From: Candidatus Yanofskybacteria bacterium
GTDB lineage: Bacteria; Patescibacteriota; Minisyncoccia; 2-02-FULL-40-12; IGHO2-12-FULL-4
Length of the DNA: 64,000 nucleotides
Reading direction: 5' to 3'
Assembly (NCBI GenBank): GCA_016185525.1
Contig: JACPNK010000005.1
Coordinates: forward strand, 28,473-92,472
Made by a program: the position numbers and the translations under genes. The notes beneath the pieces are model-generated. The model saw only the letters and a list, made by a program, of their open reading frames with translations, was not told the DNA's origin and made no database searches. Numbering within the stretch: position 1 is the stretch's first letter; each line of letters starts with the position of its first letter. This document shows positions 38,772 to 47,167 of this stretch, in pieces.

Positions 38772-39538
38772 AACTTTTTCAATTCAAAAATCATAAAGAG
38801 TGGGATTTTTGAATGAATATCGTAAAAGTTTGGCTTTTCTTTCACAACAGGTTTTAGTGGTTTTGGTTCAACGAAATCTGAAATAATAAAACCACTTTTT
38901 ACAATATCGCTGATAATTTCGGAAAGCGGGCGATGATAGTAGCTAACTTTAAATTCGTTGAACCAAATGTCATCAATTTTTCTTGTGTTGAGATAGTCGC
39001 CAAAAACTTTACTTTCGCCAGATTCGTATTTCTCATATCCCATTAAGAATGTGTCCTTTTCTTTTGACCGATTTACTGACGCACCCCATTTAACTGGGTG
39101 GTGTGTGGAAAAAAGAAATGTTCCGTCCTTTTTCAAAATCTTATGAATACCGTTCAAGGTTTTTGTCCAATCTTTAACATAGTGCATTGTTAAACTTGAG
39201 TAAACAAAATCAAAAGAGTTGTCGGGAAAATTTAATTTTTCCATGTCTATTACATGAAATTCCAAATCGGGATAACTCTTTTTAGCAAAATCAATCAGTC
39301 CTTTTGAAATATCTATACCGACGACTCTTTTTGCTCCGAGGGATTCTAGATGTTTGCATTCTTCGCCAGTTCCACAACCTATGCATAAAACGGACTTTTC
39401 TTTCAGATCGGGAAGTTTTTTGTACATCGCTGGCTTCTCTAAAAATTTATGTGCGATGTTTTTACCACTTCGCATTTTCTCCGCCCATTTGAGAGCGTAG
39501 TCATCATAAGATTTAATTGTTTTTTTATCGGTAGCCAT
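38768..39538 (-). CDS. class I SAM-dependent methyltransferase
   Basis: 256 aa; motif I VLCIGCGTGEE and an acidic motif II. Confidence 0.8.
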   Translation of the reverse strand: MATDKKTIKSYDDYALKWAEKMRSGKNIAHKFLEKPAMYKKLPDLKEKSVLCIGCGTGEECKHLESLGAKRVVGIDISKGLIDFAKKSYPDLEFHVIDMEKLNFPDNSFDFVYSSLTMHYVKDWTKTLNGIHKILKKDGTFLFSTHHPVKWGASVNRSKEKDTFLMGYEKYESGESKVFGDYLNTRKIDDIWFNEFKVSYYHRPLSEIISDIVKSGFIISDFVEPKPLKPVVKEKPNFYDIHSKIPLFMIFELKKL

Positions 39539-39542
39539 AAAT

Positions 39543-39716
39543 TTATTTCAATAACTCATCCGCTGACACGTCAAGTGCGTCAGCCAATCTTTGAATTGTT
39601 GCAAGATTAGGATTCTTATTACCGCTCTCAATGTTGCTAATGTAACCCTTATCTACCTCCAAAAGCTACGCTAAAACTTCTTGCGACAATTTTTTCTTGG
39701 CGCGAACCTATTTCAT
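39543..39716 (-). pseudogene. XRE-family helix-turn-helix remnant with two in-frame TAG codons
   Basis: Translation is MK*VRAKKKLSQEVLA*LLEVDKGYISNIESGNKNPNLATIQRLADALDVSADELLK. The frame is intact and HTH-like except for two amber codons. Genome-wide recoding is unlikely because dnaN terminates with TAG. Confidence 0.35.
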
Positions 39717-39740
39717 GTTCTCGCCTAATTTTTTGGATAT

Positions 39741-39815
39741 TGGTGCCCTCGCCATGAGTCGAACATGGATTTAGACGCTAGGAGTGTCTTGTTCTATCCA
39801 TTGAACTACGAGGGC
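39741..39815 (-). tRNA. tRNA-Arg (anticodon CCT), CCA encoded
   Basis: GCCCTCG/TAGTTCAATGGATAGAAC/AGACA-CTCCTAG-CGTCT/CCATG-TTCGACT-CATGG/CGAGGGC-A-CCA. There is an A31-C39 mismatch at the base of the anticodon stem. Confidence 0.7.
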
Positions 39816-39889
39816 TATTATATCGTTTAATGTTGCCATCTTAGCACTTTTATGATATTTTTCAATTAAAATTTTAAACACTAACTAAT

Positions 39890-40267
39890 ATGCAAACAGA
39901 AAAAAGAGAAGATAAATTTTCCGGGCCAAGAGTTGAGATTAAGGTGGATTTCTCAAGGAACTTGAAAGAGTTGAACGATTCGGAGTTGAATGACGTCATT
40001 AACGTTTTTCGGCACTATAAAGCCGGACGCTTGGCAGAGTTGCGCAAAAACAATCCGAGTTTTGGTATGGTTGATTTTGAAAACCATAAATTTGAGAGGG
40101 AAAAAGTTTTTGCGGCGATTAAAGAGGCGCTTAAAGGCGCGGATGTACCGGTAGAATTGATGGATGTAAACTACGCAGACGCTTTAAATATTATAGATTG
40201 GTATGATAAGGAGAACAAAAAACAAAATGATAAAAAGTTTAAAGAAAAAAAGTTCTCTTCTTATTAG
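39890..40267 (+). CDS. hypothetical protein
   Basis: 125 aa ORF with a Lys-rich C-terminus and no recognisable motif. Confidence 0.4.
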   Translation: MQTEKREDKFSGPRVEIKVDFSRNLKELNDSELNDVINVFRHYKAGRLAELRKNNPSFGMVDFENHKFEREKVFAAIKEALKGADVPVELMDVNYADALNIIDWYDKENKKQNDKKFKEKKFSSY

Positions 40268-40271
40268 AAAA

Positions 40272-40343
40272 GGGCCTGTAGCTCAGCGGCAGAGCACTTC
40301 TATGGCATAGAAGGGGTCGCCCGTTCAAATCGGGTCAGGTCCA
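40272..40343 (+). tRNA. tRNA-Ala (anticodon GGC)
   Basis: GGGCCTG/TAGCTCAGCGGCAGAGC/CTTCT-ATGGCAT-AGAAG/GCCCG-TTCAAAT-CGGGT/CAGGTCC-A. Confidence 0.8.
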
Positions 40344-40460
40344 CAACTTAAAAAATGTTATCAAAAAAGAGGCGTAATGGCCTCTCTTGCGGTGTGTTTG
40401 CTTGAAGGGTATCGCTTTGATATTCTGTTTGTAGAAACTTTACAAATTGAGGCTTAGTGA

Positions 40461-41156
40461 ATGAGAAAAGTTATTTTTACTTTTTTATTTTTTTGCTTTT
40501 CTTTGAGTGGATTTGTTGAAGCTAAAGATGCTTGTTGTTGTAACTCAAAATACGGCAACAAAGATTTCAAGAAAGCTTTTTTGGGCGAGTACTCGCTGGA
40601 GAAGCAGAATTTTGTGGCTGATCTTTGGAAACTTCAGCGGTTTGAGAACGAGTTGGAGATTAAAGAAGCCGTGCGGTTAAAGAAACTGGTTTCTGTTCCG
40701 TCATCTACGCAGTATTATTTCGTTGACTCTCGTCTGGACAAGAAGACCCACTTTGTAAGTCCATGGACTTTAATTTTTATCGATCAACTTAGTAAAGATT
40801 TTTACGAACGCGCCCAAAGTGATAAAAAGAAGAACAAAAAGAAAATTAAAGTTGCGAGTCTTGTTAGGCACAGAAAATATCAGAAAGCTTTGGCTAAAAG
40901 AAATCCCAACGCGGTTTGGGACGAGAATAATCCTGATCGTCAATCCAGCCATCTCACTGGCGCAACTTTTGATGTCAGCACCAAAGACTTAACCAGAGAT
41001 GAAATATGCTGGCTAAAAGAGTATCTTTTGGAATTACAAAATTTAAATCTTATTCACGTCAGAGACGAGTTTTACAACAACTGTCTTCATGTTATGGTTT
41101 TTCCGGTACCGACTTTCTTTGGGGATTTTGAGAAATATGTAAACGAGCGGAAGTAG
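40461..41156 (+). CDS. secreted protein, possible LAS/M15-like metallopeptidase fold
   Basis: 231 aa with a signal peptide; SSHLTGATFD resembles the SxHxxGxAxD zinc-binding motif of M15/YcbK-like peptidases. Confidence 0.35.
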   Translation: MRKVIFTFLFFCFSLSGFVEAKDACCCNSKYGNKDFKKAFLGEYSLEKQNFVADLWKLQRFENELEIKEAVRLKKLVSVPSSTQYYFVDSRLDKKTHFVSPWTLIFIDQLSKDFYERAQSDKKKNKKKIKVASLVRHRKYQKALAKRNPNAVWDENNPDRQSSHLTGATFDVSTKDLTRDEICWLKEYLLELQNLNLIHVRDEFYNNCLHVMVFPVPTFFGDFEKYVNERK

Positions 41157-41207
41157 ATCCGCTTTTTTGTTGAAAAAAGACTCTAAAAATGCTAATTTGT
41201 TAAGTCT

Positions 41208-41292
41208 GGAGGGTTCGCCTAATGGCATGGCAGCGGTTTCGAAAACCGCCGGGCGCAAGCCCTTAGAGGTTCGACTCCTCTACCCTCCGCCA
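41208..41292 (+). tRNA. tRNA-Ser (anticodon CGA), long variable arm, CCA encoded
   Basis: GGAGGGT...GCGGT-TTCGAAA-ACCGC-CGGGCGCAAGCCCTTA-GAGGT-TCGACTC-CTCTACCCTCC-G-CCA. Confidence 0.8.
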
Positions 41293-41402
41293 GTTGGGAA
41301 ATGAAGTCATTGCCTGCCTGCCGGCGAGGCAGGGCTTGTGCAAACGGCTGGCAAGATTACCAAAGCGTTAGGTGTTCCAATGGAAGATTTGGTACAATAA
41401 AT

Positions 41403-41939
41403 ATGGTTAAGGTCATCCAAAAAGATGGTAAAAACATATATCAACATGAGGAGGAGGGCATGATGCTTGAAGATAAAATAGGCATTATCGGCCGTTCCCT
41501 TAGACTGCTCGCCGGTCTTCTTATATTGTTTTATCTTGCATATGCCTTTGTAAGTGAAAGTTTTTTATTGAGCGTGAACTTCTTTTTTGTGGCGGCTGTA
41601 GGGTTATTTTTACTCATTTCGATATACATATTTGTTCACAGGATTTCTAGAAAAAACAATCGCATTAACTGGTTGGTTTCTGCCTGCTTAATTCTTATTC
41701 CCGTTCTTTTGATGTATATTTTTGGCGGGGCATCTGGCGAGGGTAAAGTATCAGCCCTGCTTTTTCTCGGTGTCTCACTAATCGTAGCGGCAATTCGTTC
41801 CGATTTTGGTTGCGAAGTAATGTCTATACCAAACTTAATTTTTGGAAAGAGATCTCGATTTGCGTGTCTTGTTTTTTCACCATTAGATAAAATGGAAAAA
41901 AGACATATCAGCCGCCAAAAAAAACTTGAAGACAACTAA
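41403..41939 (+). CDS. membrane protein (hypothetical)
   Basis: Multi-TM. The track ORF begins at 41301, but that extension overlaps a tRNA end and a GC palindrome, so the start is more likely Met 41403 or 41460. Confidence 0.4.
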   Translation: MVKVIQKDGKNIYQHEEEGMMLEDKIGIIGRSLRLLAGLLILFYLAYAFVSESFLLSVNFFFVAAVGLFLLISIYIFVHRISRKNNRINWLVSACLILIPVLLMYIFGGASGEGKVSALLFLGVSLIVAAIRSDFGCEVMSIPNLIFGKRSRFACLVFSPLDKMEKRHISRQKKLEDN

Positions 41940-41964
41940 AAACCCTCGCTTGAGGGCTTTAAAC

Positions 41965-42369
41965 TTACTTGTTTTTCTTTTTCTTAACTTCGTCAGAACT
42001 AAGCCCGAAGACAACAGAACAAATGCCCATCATTACCGCAAGCATAAGAAATGGCACAGCTTCTTCTAAAGAAACCGCTCTGGCCACTCTGGCGAAACCA
42101 AAAAAGATAAAACTTAAATATCCGGAAATCAGAGCAAACATAAAAAATCTGTCGGGAAATTTTTTATTCTGCGCCCAAACGGCAAGAACAGCCCCTCCGA
42201 CGAAAGTCGCGAGAAACAACAAAAGCAAGCTTGGACTAGGGTCCGCCCCCCTTATAAAAACAAACATGCCAAACATTGAACCAAAGAAAATCAAAAGTCC
42301 GACAATACTCAAAAACTTCATTTCCGTCCTCATTTCCCTAAGACAAAAAGAACTTTTGTAATTATACAA
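41965..42369 (-). CDS. small 4-TM membrane protein (hypothetical)
   Basis: 134 aa hydrophobic ORF. Confidence 0.4.
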   Translation of the reverse strand: MYNYKSSFCLREMRTEMKFLSIVGLLIFFGSMFGMFVFIRGADPSPSLLLLFLATFVGGAVLAVWAQNKKFPDRFFMFALISGYLSFIFFGFARVARAVSLEEAVPFLMLAVMMGICSVVFGLSSDEVKKKKNK

Positions 42370-42425
42370 AAACCTGGTAAAAAGTAAACTTTGATTTTCA
42401 CAACTTCAACTGTTAAGATTCGGAT

Positions 42426-43829
42426 ATGCTTAGACCAGAAAAAACAAACATCGCAGAAAAGACCAAGACAAAACCCCAAGAAAGAGTCGGCGAGTTGAGA
42501 GAAAACGAGAAAAAGATTTTGGATAATTTACTGGAAATAACAAAGTGGTTTGAAGATTACGAAGCCACTTGTTTTGGTTTGGACAAAAATGTGGCCGACA
42601 AAAATCCCAAACTGGAAAAATATCTCAAAGACTTTTACAAAGAATTTCGCAACTTTGAACAGCCAGCCGAAGCCCAAAAGGTTGAAGCTGAAGCGAGAAA
42701 TTCAGATATCGTCTTCCTTGGAGACCGACACAACCTAAGAAAAAATCAAGAGTTTTCAGCCGAGTTTATAGAAAAAGTGGTTAAACCGCAGTCGGGTCAG
42801 GCGGTTTTGGCCTTAGAATTTATTTCGCCCAAACACCAGAAAGCGGTAGAAGAATTTATGTCAGATAAAATAGACGAGGAGTCGTTTTTAAAAAGATCCC
42901 ATTTTCTGGAGTGGAGTGACCTGGAACATTGGCCGGGTTATAAAAAAATATTGGAAACAGCCAAAAAACTTGGGATTAAAATCTATGGCATAAAGTTTCA
43001 AGCCGAGAGCGGCGAACAAGATCTGGAAGACAAATTTTTCGTCGAAAAAATTGCGGCTATTGCGGAAAAGCATCCGCAAGCTAAATTGTTTGTCCATATC
43101 GGTGATGCTCATCTGGCCGGCAGTCACTTGCCGAAAGCCTTGTCTCAAATTGACCGGTTCCGAAACAAAAAAAGTACTACAGTTTTACAGAATATCCGGC
43201 CGTTATATTTCTCTGCTTTGGAAAGATACGAAAACTTTCGGATACCCAAAGTTCTTAAGATCAAAGGTGGAACTTACAACTTCTTTACCGCACCCCTGAT
43301 CACGGAAGTTGTTTCAGACATAGAAAACTTAAAACAGTTTGCCGGTGAAACTGAAGGAGAGATAGATATTTGGTCTGATGTCTTGGGCGTGGAGATTGTC
43401 AGCAGGCTTAGAAAAATAACCGGCATTGGCACGGATGAAAGAATTGTTGATTCAAAAGATTTGTCGCCTTCACTTTTCTCCCCCTCTTTTTATTTGGAAC
43501 AGGACAGCGAAGTAGTCGCGAAACAACTGAAAGAAGAAGCGCCGGCAGGCGCCTACAGCCGATACCTAAAAACTTTAGAAGAAAAAGGCTGCGCCTATGT
43601 TCCTTTCAGCAACTCTTTGGTCATAAGAAAGTTCAGGCTGAAGAGAATAATTGAGGAGCTGGCGAAGTTTGTGATAGACCCCAAAGGAGAAAAAGGCGAT
43701 ATTTCCAGTTTACAATATTTTTGCTCAAAGCTTTTTATCCCCGAGCGCCGGCCGGAAGACGAAAAAGAAGAGGTCGGGGAAAAAGTTTTTCTTGATTTTC
43801 TTGCCGGTAAACAACCGTCTCTTCCTTAA
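42426..43829 (+). CDS. hypothetical protein, possible ChaN/Tiki/TraB-superfamily fold
   Basis: 467 aa; DIVFLGDRHN resembles the GE(Q)HD(N) motif of the ChaN/Tiki family. Confidence 0.35.
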   Translation: MLRPEKTNIAEKTKTKPQERVGELRENEKKILDNLLEITKWFEDYEATCFGLDKNVADKNPKLEKYLKDFYKEFRNFEQPAEAQKVEAEARNSDIVFLGDRHNLRKNQEFSAEFIEKVVKPQSGQAVLALEFISPKHQKAVEEFMSDKIDEESFLKRSHFLEWSDLEHWPGYKKILETAKKLGIKIYGIKFQAESGEQDLEDKFFVEKIAAIAEKHPQAKLFVHIGDAHLAGSHLPKALSQIDRFRNKKSTTVLQNIRPLYFSALERYENFRIPKVLKIKGGTYNFFTAPLITEVVSDIENLKQFAGETEGEIDIWSDVLGVEIVSRLRKITGIGTDERIVDSKDLSPSLFSPSFYLEQDSEVVAKQLKEEAPAGAYSRYLKTLEEKGCAYVPFSNSLVIRKFRLKRIIEELAKFVIDPKGEKGDISSLQYFCSKLFIPERRPEDEKEEVGEKVFLDFLAGKQPSLP

Positions 43830-43837
43830 AACCAAAT

Positions 43838-44374
43838 GTGGTGTTAGATTTAAGCATGTCTCAAATCATAGACTTGAGAAAAAAGAATGTTGAAAATAGC
43901 AAAACAGCTTTGCCTTCAAAAATTTCCGGCCGCATTCCCGCTCATTATCAGTTTGTAAACAAGTCGCTGCTAGCGGTCATAGTCTCTGTTTTGGCCATAA
44001 TCGGCCTGCTCTATCTGCTTATTTCTCAAAACACCGTTACCGCCATATTCTTTTTTTTGATTGCAACGGTTATGGTGATTTTAGGAATGCAAGAGAAGAA
44101 AGATGTGGCTTGGGAGATAAACCAAAGAGGTTTGGTGTTAGATGGGGAGGTCTATCTTTACAGACACTTGAAATCTTTTTGGATTGAGTATGATCCCCCA
44201 TTTCTTAAAGAGCTTAGCTTTAAGCACAAAGGTTGGCACCGCTCTTACATCAAACTTCCTCTTGTCGGCCAAGAAAGTCCCGTAGAAATCCGCAATATGC
44301 TGTTGTGTCTTTTGCCGGAAGAGCGGCACGAAGATACTATAATTGAGACTATCACCAGAAAATTGGGCATGTAA
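43838..44374 (+). CDS. 2-TM membrane protein (hypothetical)
   Basis: 178 aa. Confidence 0.4.
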   Translation: MVLDLSMSQIIDLRKKNVENSKTALPSKISGRIPAHYQFVNKSLLAVIVSVLAIIGLLYLLISQNTVTAIFFFLIATVMVILGMQEKKDVAWEINQRGLVLDGEVYLYRHLKSFWIEYDPPFLKELSFKHKGWHRSYIKLPLVGQESPVEIRNMLLCLLPEERHEDTIIETITRKLGM

Positions 44375-44378
44375 CACT

Positions 44379-44451
44379 GTCCCCGTAGCTCAACGGATAG
44401 AGCGTTTGCTTGCGGAGCAAAAGGTTGGGTGTTCGAATCACCCCGGGGACA
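44379..44451 (+). tRNA. tRNA-Arg (anticodon GCG as read; unusual for bacteria)
   Basis: GTCCCCG/TAGCTCAACGGATAGAGC/TTTGC-TTGCGGA-GCAAA/GGGTG-TTCGAAT-CACCC/CGGGGAC-A. Confidence 0.65.
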
Positions 44452-44461
44452 CAACTCTTTC

Positions 44462-44478
44462 CTGAGGACAGTCCTCAG
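44462..44478. repeat. palindrome CTGAGGACAGTCCTCAG (family A), immediately 3-prime of a tRNA
   Basis: Perfect 17 nt palindrome. Family members are also at 29744-29760, 45651-45692 and 59331-59345. Confidence 0.6.
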
Positions 44479-44540
44479 GGCTTGCACACGAGGGCACAAG
44501 ATAGTTGCTATTTTTAGTTTTTGTAGTACCATCTCACTAT

Positions 44541-45434
44541 ATGGCAAAAATTATTGTAACTGGCGGAGCGGGTTTTATCGGCTCAAATTTGGTGGATGAG
44601 TTGGTCAGGCAAGGCCACAAAGACATCCATATTATTGACAACCTCTCAACCGGTAAAAAAGAAAATCTTAATCCAAGGGCTAAATTTCACAATTTAAGTA
44701 TTGTTGATCTGGATAAAATCAGGCCCATCTTCAAAAAAGCGGAAGTTGTTTTTCACTTGGCGGCTCAACCCAGAATTCAGCCCTCAATCAAAGACCCCAA
44801 AACTTCTCACGATGCCAATCTCACCGGTACTCTGCATGTTTTGCTTGCCGCCAAAGAAGCCGGGGTTAAGAAATTTATATACTCTGCTTCTTCTTCAGCT
44901 TACGGCCTGCAAAAAACTACGCCCTTGCGGGAAGATATGATCGCCAATCCCCTCAACCCTTATGCCATGCAAAAATACATGGGCGAAAGATATTGCCAAC
45001 TTTTTCACCACCTTTACGGTTTGCCGATTGTCTGTTTAAGGTATTTTAATGTCTATGGGCCCAGGCAAACTTATGAAGGCGCTTATGCGACTGTAATCGG
45101 AATTTTTTTAAAACAGAAAAAAGCCGGCCAGCCGCTGACTATTGTTCCTGACGGCAAACAGAGAAGAGATTTTATCAATGTCCGGGATGTGATAGCTGCT
45201 AACCTTGCGGCTATGAAGTCGGACAAAGTCGGCAAAGGAGAAATTATAAATATCGGCAGTGGGGAGAATTACTCAATTGTTGAAGTAGCAAAAATGATTG
45301 GCGGTAAAACAAAAGTTATTGCCCCCAGAAAAGGAGAAGCTAGATTAACTTTGGCTGATATTAGTTTGGCTAAGAAATTACTTGGCTGGAAGCCGACGGT
45401 AAGGCTGGTTGATGGGATAGAAGAGTTGAGATGA
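44541..45434 (+). CDS. NAD-dependent epimerase/dehydratase (UDP-sugar 4-epimerase/decarboxylase-like)
   Basis: Rossmann motif TGGAGFIGSNL and a YxxxK catalytic motif (YAMQK). The track ORF starts at 44505; the likely start is MAKIIV at 44541. Confidence 0.8.
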   Translation: MAKIIVTGGAGFIGSNLVDELVRQGHKDIHIIDNLSTGKKENLNPRAKFHNLSIVDLDKIRPIFKKAEVVFHLAAQPRIQPSIKDPKTSHDANLTGTLHVLLAAKEAGVKKFIYSASSSAYGLQKTTPLREDMIANPLNPYAMQKYMGERYCQLFHHLYGLPIVCLRYFNVYGPRQTYEGAYATVIGIFLKQKKAGQPLTIVPDGKQRRDFINVRDVIAANLAAMKSDKVGKGEIINIGSGENYSIVEVAKMIGGKTKVIAPRKGEARLTLADISLAKKLLGWKPTVRLVDGIEELR

Positions 45435-45447
45435 GTCGTTCAGCTTC

Positions 45448-45593
45448 GCAGACACAGCCTCTTCAGTACGCTCACTTCGCCAGCGTCTCCGTTCGCTCGC
45501 GACGTCGGCAAATTTGAAATGAAGTTAAGAAAAATTATACTTCATTTCAACCATGCAATTTGCCTCCTCAGCGACTTCAGAGGCTGTGTCTGC
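45448..45593. repeat. 146 bp MITE-like element, copy 2 (inverted relative to copy 1)
   Basis: gcagacacagcctct...agaggctgtgtctgc; about 89% identical to the reverse complement of 31716-31861. Confidence 0.6.
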
Positions 45594-45650
45594 TATGCTT
45601 TATTGGTCGTCGGCTCTCAAAGCATTTAACCACCCATTTTCGAACCTTTT

Positions 45651-45692
45651 CCGAGGACTGTCCTTAAATCTGAAAAAAGGACAGTCCTCGGA
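45651..45692. repeat. family A palindrome as a split hairpin (15 bp stem, 12 nt loop)
   Basis: ccgaggactgtcctt-aaatctgaaaaa-aggacagtcctcgg. Confidence 0.55.
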
Positions 45693-45743
45693 TCTGACCT
45701 TAACATGTGTATAAAACCTTGAAAAATGAGGGTTTTTAAACCA

Positions 45744-45773
45744 TTGACAATGGTGGTTAAAGTTTGGTATAAT
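45744..45773 (+). promoter_or_regulatory. near-consensus sigma70-type promoter (TTGACA, 18 nt spacer, TATAAT)
   Basis: ttgacaatggtggttaaagtttggtataat, followed by GGAG and the ATG of a 60 aa ORF. Confidence 0.5.
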
Positions 45774-45802
45774 TAGAGTATAGAATTTCCCGGAGCTTAA
45801 AG

Positions 45803-45985
45803 ATGACCACAGAAGAAACAGAACAAAAGCGTTTTGAAGAAATTTTAGAAAGTATTCGTCGCAGAATGGCGGCGGATGCCTTAAGAGGAAATCCCGTAGG
45901 AAGAAAAACTTACGGTCATAGTCCAAAGATTGACAACGACTATGATTCTGGAGATCGAGCACATTATATCTTAGATCACGAGTAA
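45803..45985 (+). CDS. small hypothetical protein (60 aa) in a compact promoter-ORF-terminator unit
   Basis: MTTEETEQKRFEEILESIRRRMAADALRGNPVGRK...; it has an upstream consensus promoter and a downstream terminator. Confidence 0.4.
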   Translation: MTTEETEQKRFEEILESIRRRMAADALRGNPVGRKTYGHSPKIDNDYDSGDRAHYILDHE

Positions 45986-46013
45986 AATAACACGAGAACG
46001 GTTATTGCGTTGT

Positions 46014-46044
46014 ACCCCGAGAGTTAATTCTCGGGTCTTTTTTT
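46014..46044 (+). terminator. rho-independent terminator
   Basis: cccgagagttaattctcggg followed by tcttttttt. Confidence 0.55.
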
Positions 46045-46091
46045 ATGAAACTTCTGATGGACTTCTTTCAACCGGCTCTTCTCGTCAAGGT

Positions 46092-47048
46092 TCAACCTTG
46101 ACGTTTCTTGTGAAACTTTTTATGTATTTCTTTCAAACCGCTGTCGGTAACATGAGTATAAATTTGAGTTGTCGTTACTGAAGAGTGGCCGAGTATCGCT
46201 TGGACAGAGCGGATATCGGCGCCGTTTCTTAAAAGGTCGGTGGCCATACTATGGCGGAGCGAGTGCGGTGAAACTTTTTTACCGACAATTCCGGCGCGTG
46301 TTGCGTGCTTTTTTATTATCCTTTGTATGCTTCGGGGACTTAATCTTAGGTTTTCGTATTTGCCAAAAGCTTGGTCTTTGGGAATCCGAATAAAAAGTGC
46401 TGGGTCGGCGTCACTGCGTTTTTTTAAAAAGCTGCTGATTGATTTTTGGGCATCGTCAGATAAGAAGACCAACCTGATTTTTGAGCCCTTGCCTTTAACC
46501 GATATCTCTCCCCTGTTCAAATCCACCTTGTCTGTTTCCAAAGAGCAGAGCTCTGATACGCGCAAGCCGGTGCTGAACAAAGTTTCCAAGATAGCTTTAT
46601 CGCGCAAATCAGACAAGTTGTCGTCTTTAGGCGAAGCCAGAAGCCTTGCCAATTCGTTTGACTCCAGAAAATCTATATGCCTGTCTTCCTGCTTGCCCAG
46701 TTCTATTTTTTCCGGCGAGACGGATTTTATCTCTCTCTTGGATAAATATTTCAAAAAAGCCCGTATGGCGATTATGTGGTAGTTTTGAGTAACTTTTTTT
46801 AGAGACTCGCCGTGATTGTCAGTCAGCCGATTTAAATAGATCCGGAACTTTCTAATCAAATCTTCGGAAATCTGGCTAGCCGAACCGACTTTTGCAAAAT
46901 TCAAAAACCGGTTGAGATAATGGCCATAGTTTTCCACCGTCTTCGACGAGCGGTTTTTCTCAATCTCCAGATACTCCAGAAAATCGTTTTTTAATTGCTT
47001 AACATCTGCCACGCATATAATCATACCCCACAAACCCAAGTCGCACAA
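46092..47048 (-). CDS. tyrosine site-specific recombinase (XerC/XerD or integrase family)
   Basis: 318 aa; N-terminal core-binding domain; C-terminal HSLRHSMATDLL...GHSSVTTTQIYTHV (R-H-R-Y catalytic residues). Confidence 0.8.
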   Translation of the reverse strand: MCDLGLWGMIICVADVKQLKNDFLEYLEIEKNRSSKTVENYGHYLNRFLNFAKVGSASQISEDLIRKFRIYLNRLTDNHGESLKKVTQNYHIIAIRAFLKYLSKREIKSVSPEKIELGKQEDRHIDFLESNELARLLASPKDDNLSDLRDKAILETLFSTGLRVSELCSLETDKVDLNRGEISVKGKGSKIRLVFLSDDAQKSISSFLKKRSDADPALFIRIPKDQAFGKYENLRLSPRSIQRIIKKHATRAGIVGKKVSPHSLRHSMATDLLRNGADIRSVQAILGHSSVTTTQIYTHVTDSGLKEIHKKFHKKRQG

Positions 47049-47085
47049 TAACTTTCTGACACCGGGTGTCAGAAAGTTATTGTGT
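47044..47085. promoter_or_regulatory. 42 bp perfect palindrome at the recombinase start / rpsO upstream region
   Basis: cacaataactttctgacacc g ggtgtcagaaagttattgtg (20 bp arms). Confidence 0.35.
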
Positions 47086-47167
47086 TGTGGTATTGTGTAA
47101 AATCGAAACTTGCCTCAAAACCAAATCCGTGATATCTTTGTCAATATAGTCAAGTTGGTTTTCCGCA

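Noticed and set aside
39543-39716. Amber (TAG) codon reassignment suggested by two in-frame TAGs in the HTH remnant
   Set aside because: dnaN (12800-13891) terminates with TAG, as do other well-supported genes, so TAG is a functional stop here. Pseudogenisation is the simpler explanation.
41301-41402. N-terminal extension of the 41301-41939 ORF (MKSLPACRRGRACANGW...)
   Set aside because: The extension is encoded by the GC-rich family B palindrome and starts 9 nt after a tRNA 3-prime end. An internal Met start (41403 or 41460) before the TM helices is more plausible.
45600-45962. 120 aa minus-strand ORF
   Set aside because: It overlaps the family A hairpin, the consensus plus-strand promoter and the 60 aa ORF. 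The plus-strand unit has a far better promoter, RBS and terminator.
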